A stretch of 64,000 nt of DNA from Ascidiella aspersa (Eukaryota): NCBI GenBank assembly GCA_963924565.1, contig OZ004609.1:25668001-25732000 (forward strand), written 5' to 3'. Positions 63,491 through 64,000 of the stretch are shown one piece after another (within the stretch, counting starts at the first letter, position 1; every line of letters starts with the position of its first letter). Position numbers and translations under genes: made by a program. The notes under the pieces were generated by a model. It saw only the letters and a program-made list of their open reading frames with translations, did no database searches and was not told where the DNA came from.

Positions 63491-64000
63491 CTTGGTTGAA
63501 CAAGTAAAACAGTACTAAACGAAAACAGCTGCTTAACAAAATTGCCTTTGAAACGGTTATATTTGTGTGGTGACAAAATCAAATTAAAATTTAATAGATA
63601 ACATCGGGTGAAACAATTGCCAATAAAATGTATGAAAACCTCTCTTCATATCGATTTCAATCGACAAGGCGACAAATAAAATTCGAAATAATAAAGACAG
63701 ATGGTTATTCTTATTAATTTTTTTTTTTTTCTTTTTTTCAAAATCGATATTTTTAAGGTGCAGTTCTTGTTTGTTCTCCGCATAGCGGTTTACAGTCTGA
63801 TCACATTACGATTAATATTTCGTTTTATATAATTGGCAAGAACCTTAATTTAAAATGTTACGTTGGAAACTAAAATGATGGAATATAAATGTATTAAATT
63901 ATTTACCCAAGTTTTTTTATTGAAAAAATGTTTTTCTTAAAACCATATGTGATCAGCCAGTGTTGTAAACAATTCATTTTAAATTGATTTAAGTCTTAAT

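Overview
Eukaryotic, intron-rich genomic DNA, almost certainly from an ascidian/tunicate: the voltage-sensing phosphatase closely resembles Ciona Ci-VSP as I recall it. Most ORFs in the six-frame track are spurious, so I rebuilt the genes by hand from splice sites and intron phases. Left to right: (1) an isolated first exon on the - strand of an unidentified signal-anchor/furin-site protein (3762-3927); (2) a complete 10-exon TTC29 (+, 8940-22336, ~465 aa); (3) a complete POU4/Brn3 with 9 coding exons (-, 29759-33189, ~391 aa), tail-to-tail with TTC29 as human TTC29 and POU4F2 are; (4) a GAPR-1/GLIPR2-like gene with two CAP domains (+, 43262-48953), followed by exons of a third, histidine-less CAP domain (50845/54227-56835) that can be joined in frame; (5) ten 3' exons of VSP/TPTE (-, 57351-63490; 5' end outside the window), including a GC-AG intron. 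Introns and intergenic DNA hold hAT- and Merlin-like MITEs (some nested), an L1/Tx1 3' fragment and large CpG-rich non-coding islands. Best leads: a conserved TTC29-POU4 regulatory block with candidate sensory-neuron enhancers, and a modular CAP locus that may make 1-, 2- or 3-domain proteins through an internal promoter and a splice donor overlapping the stop codon. No database searches were run; homology calls are from recalled sequences.
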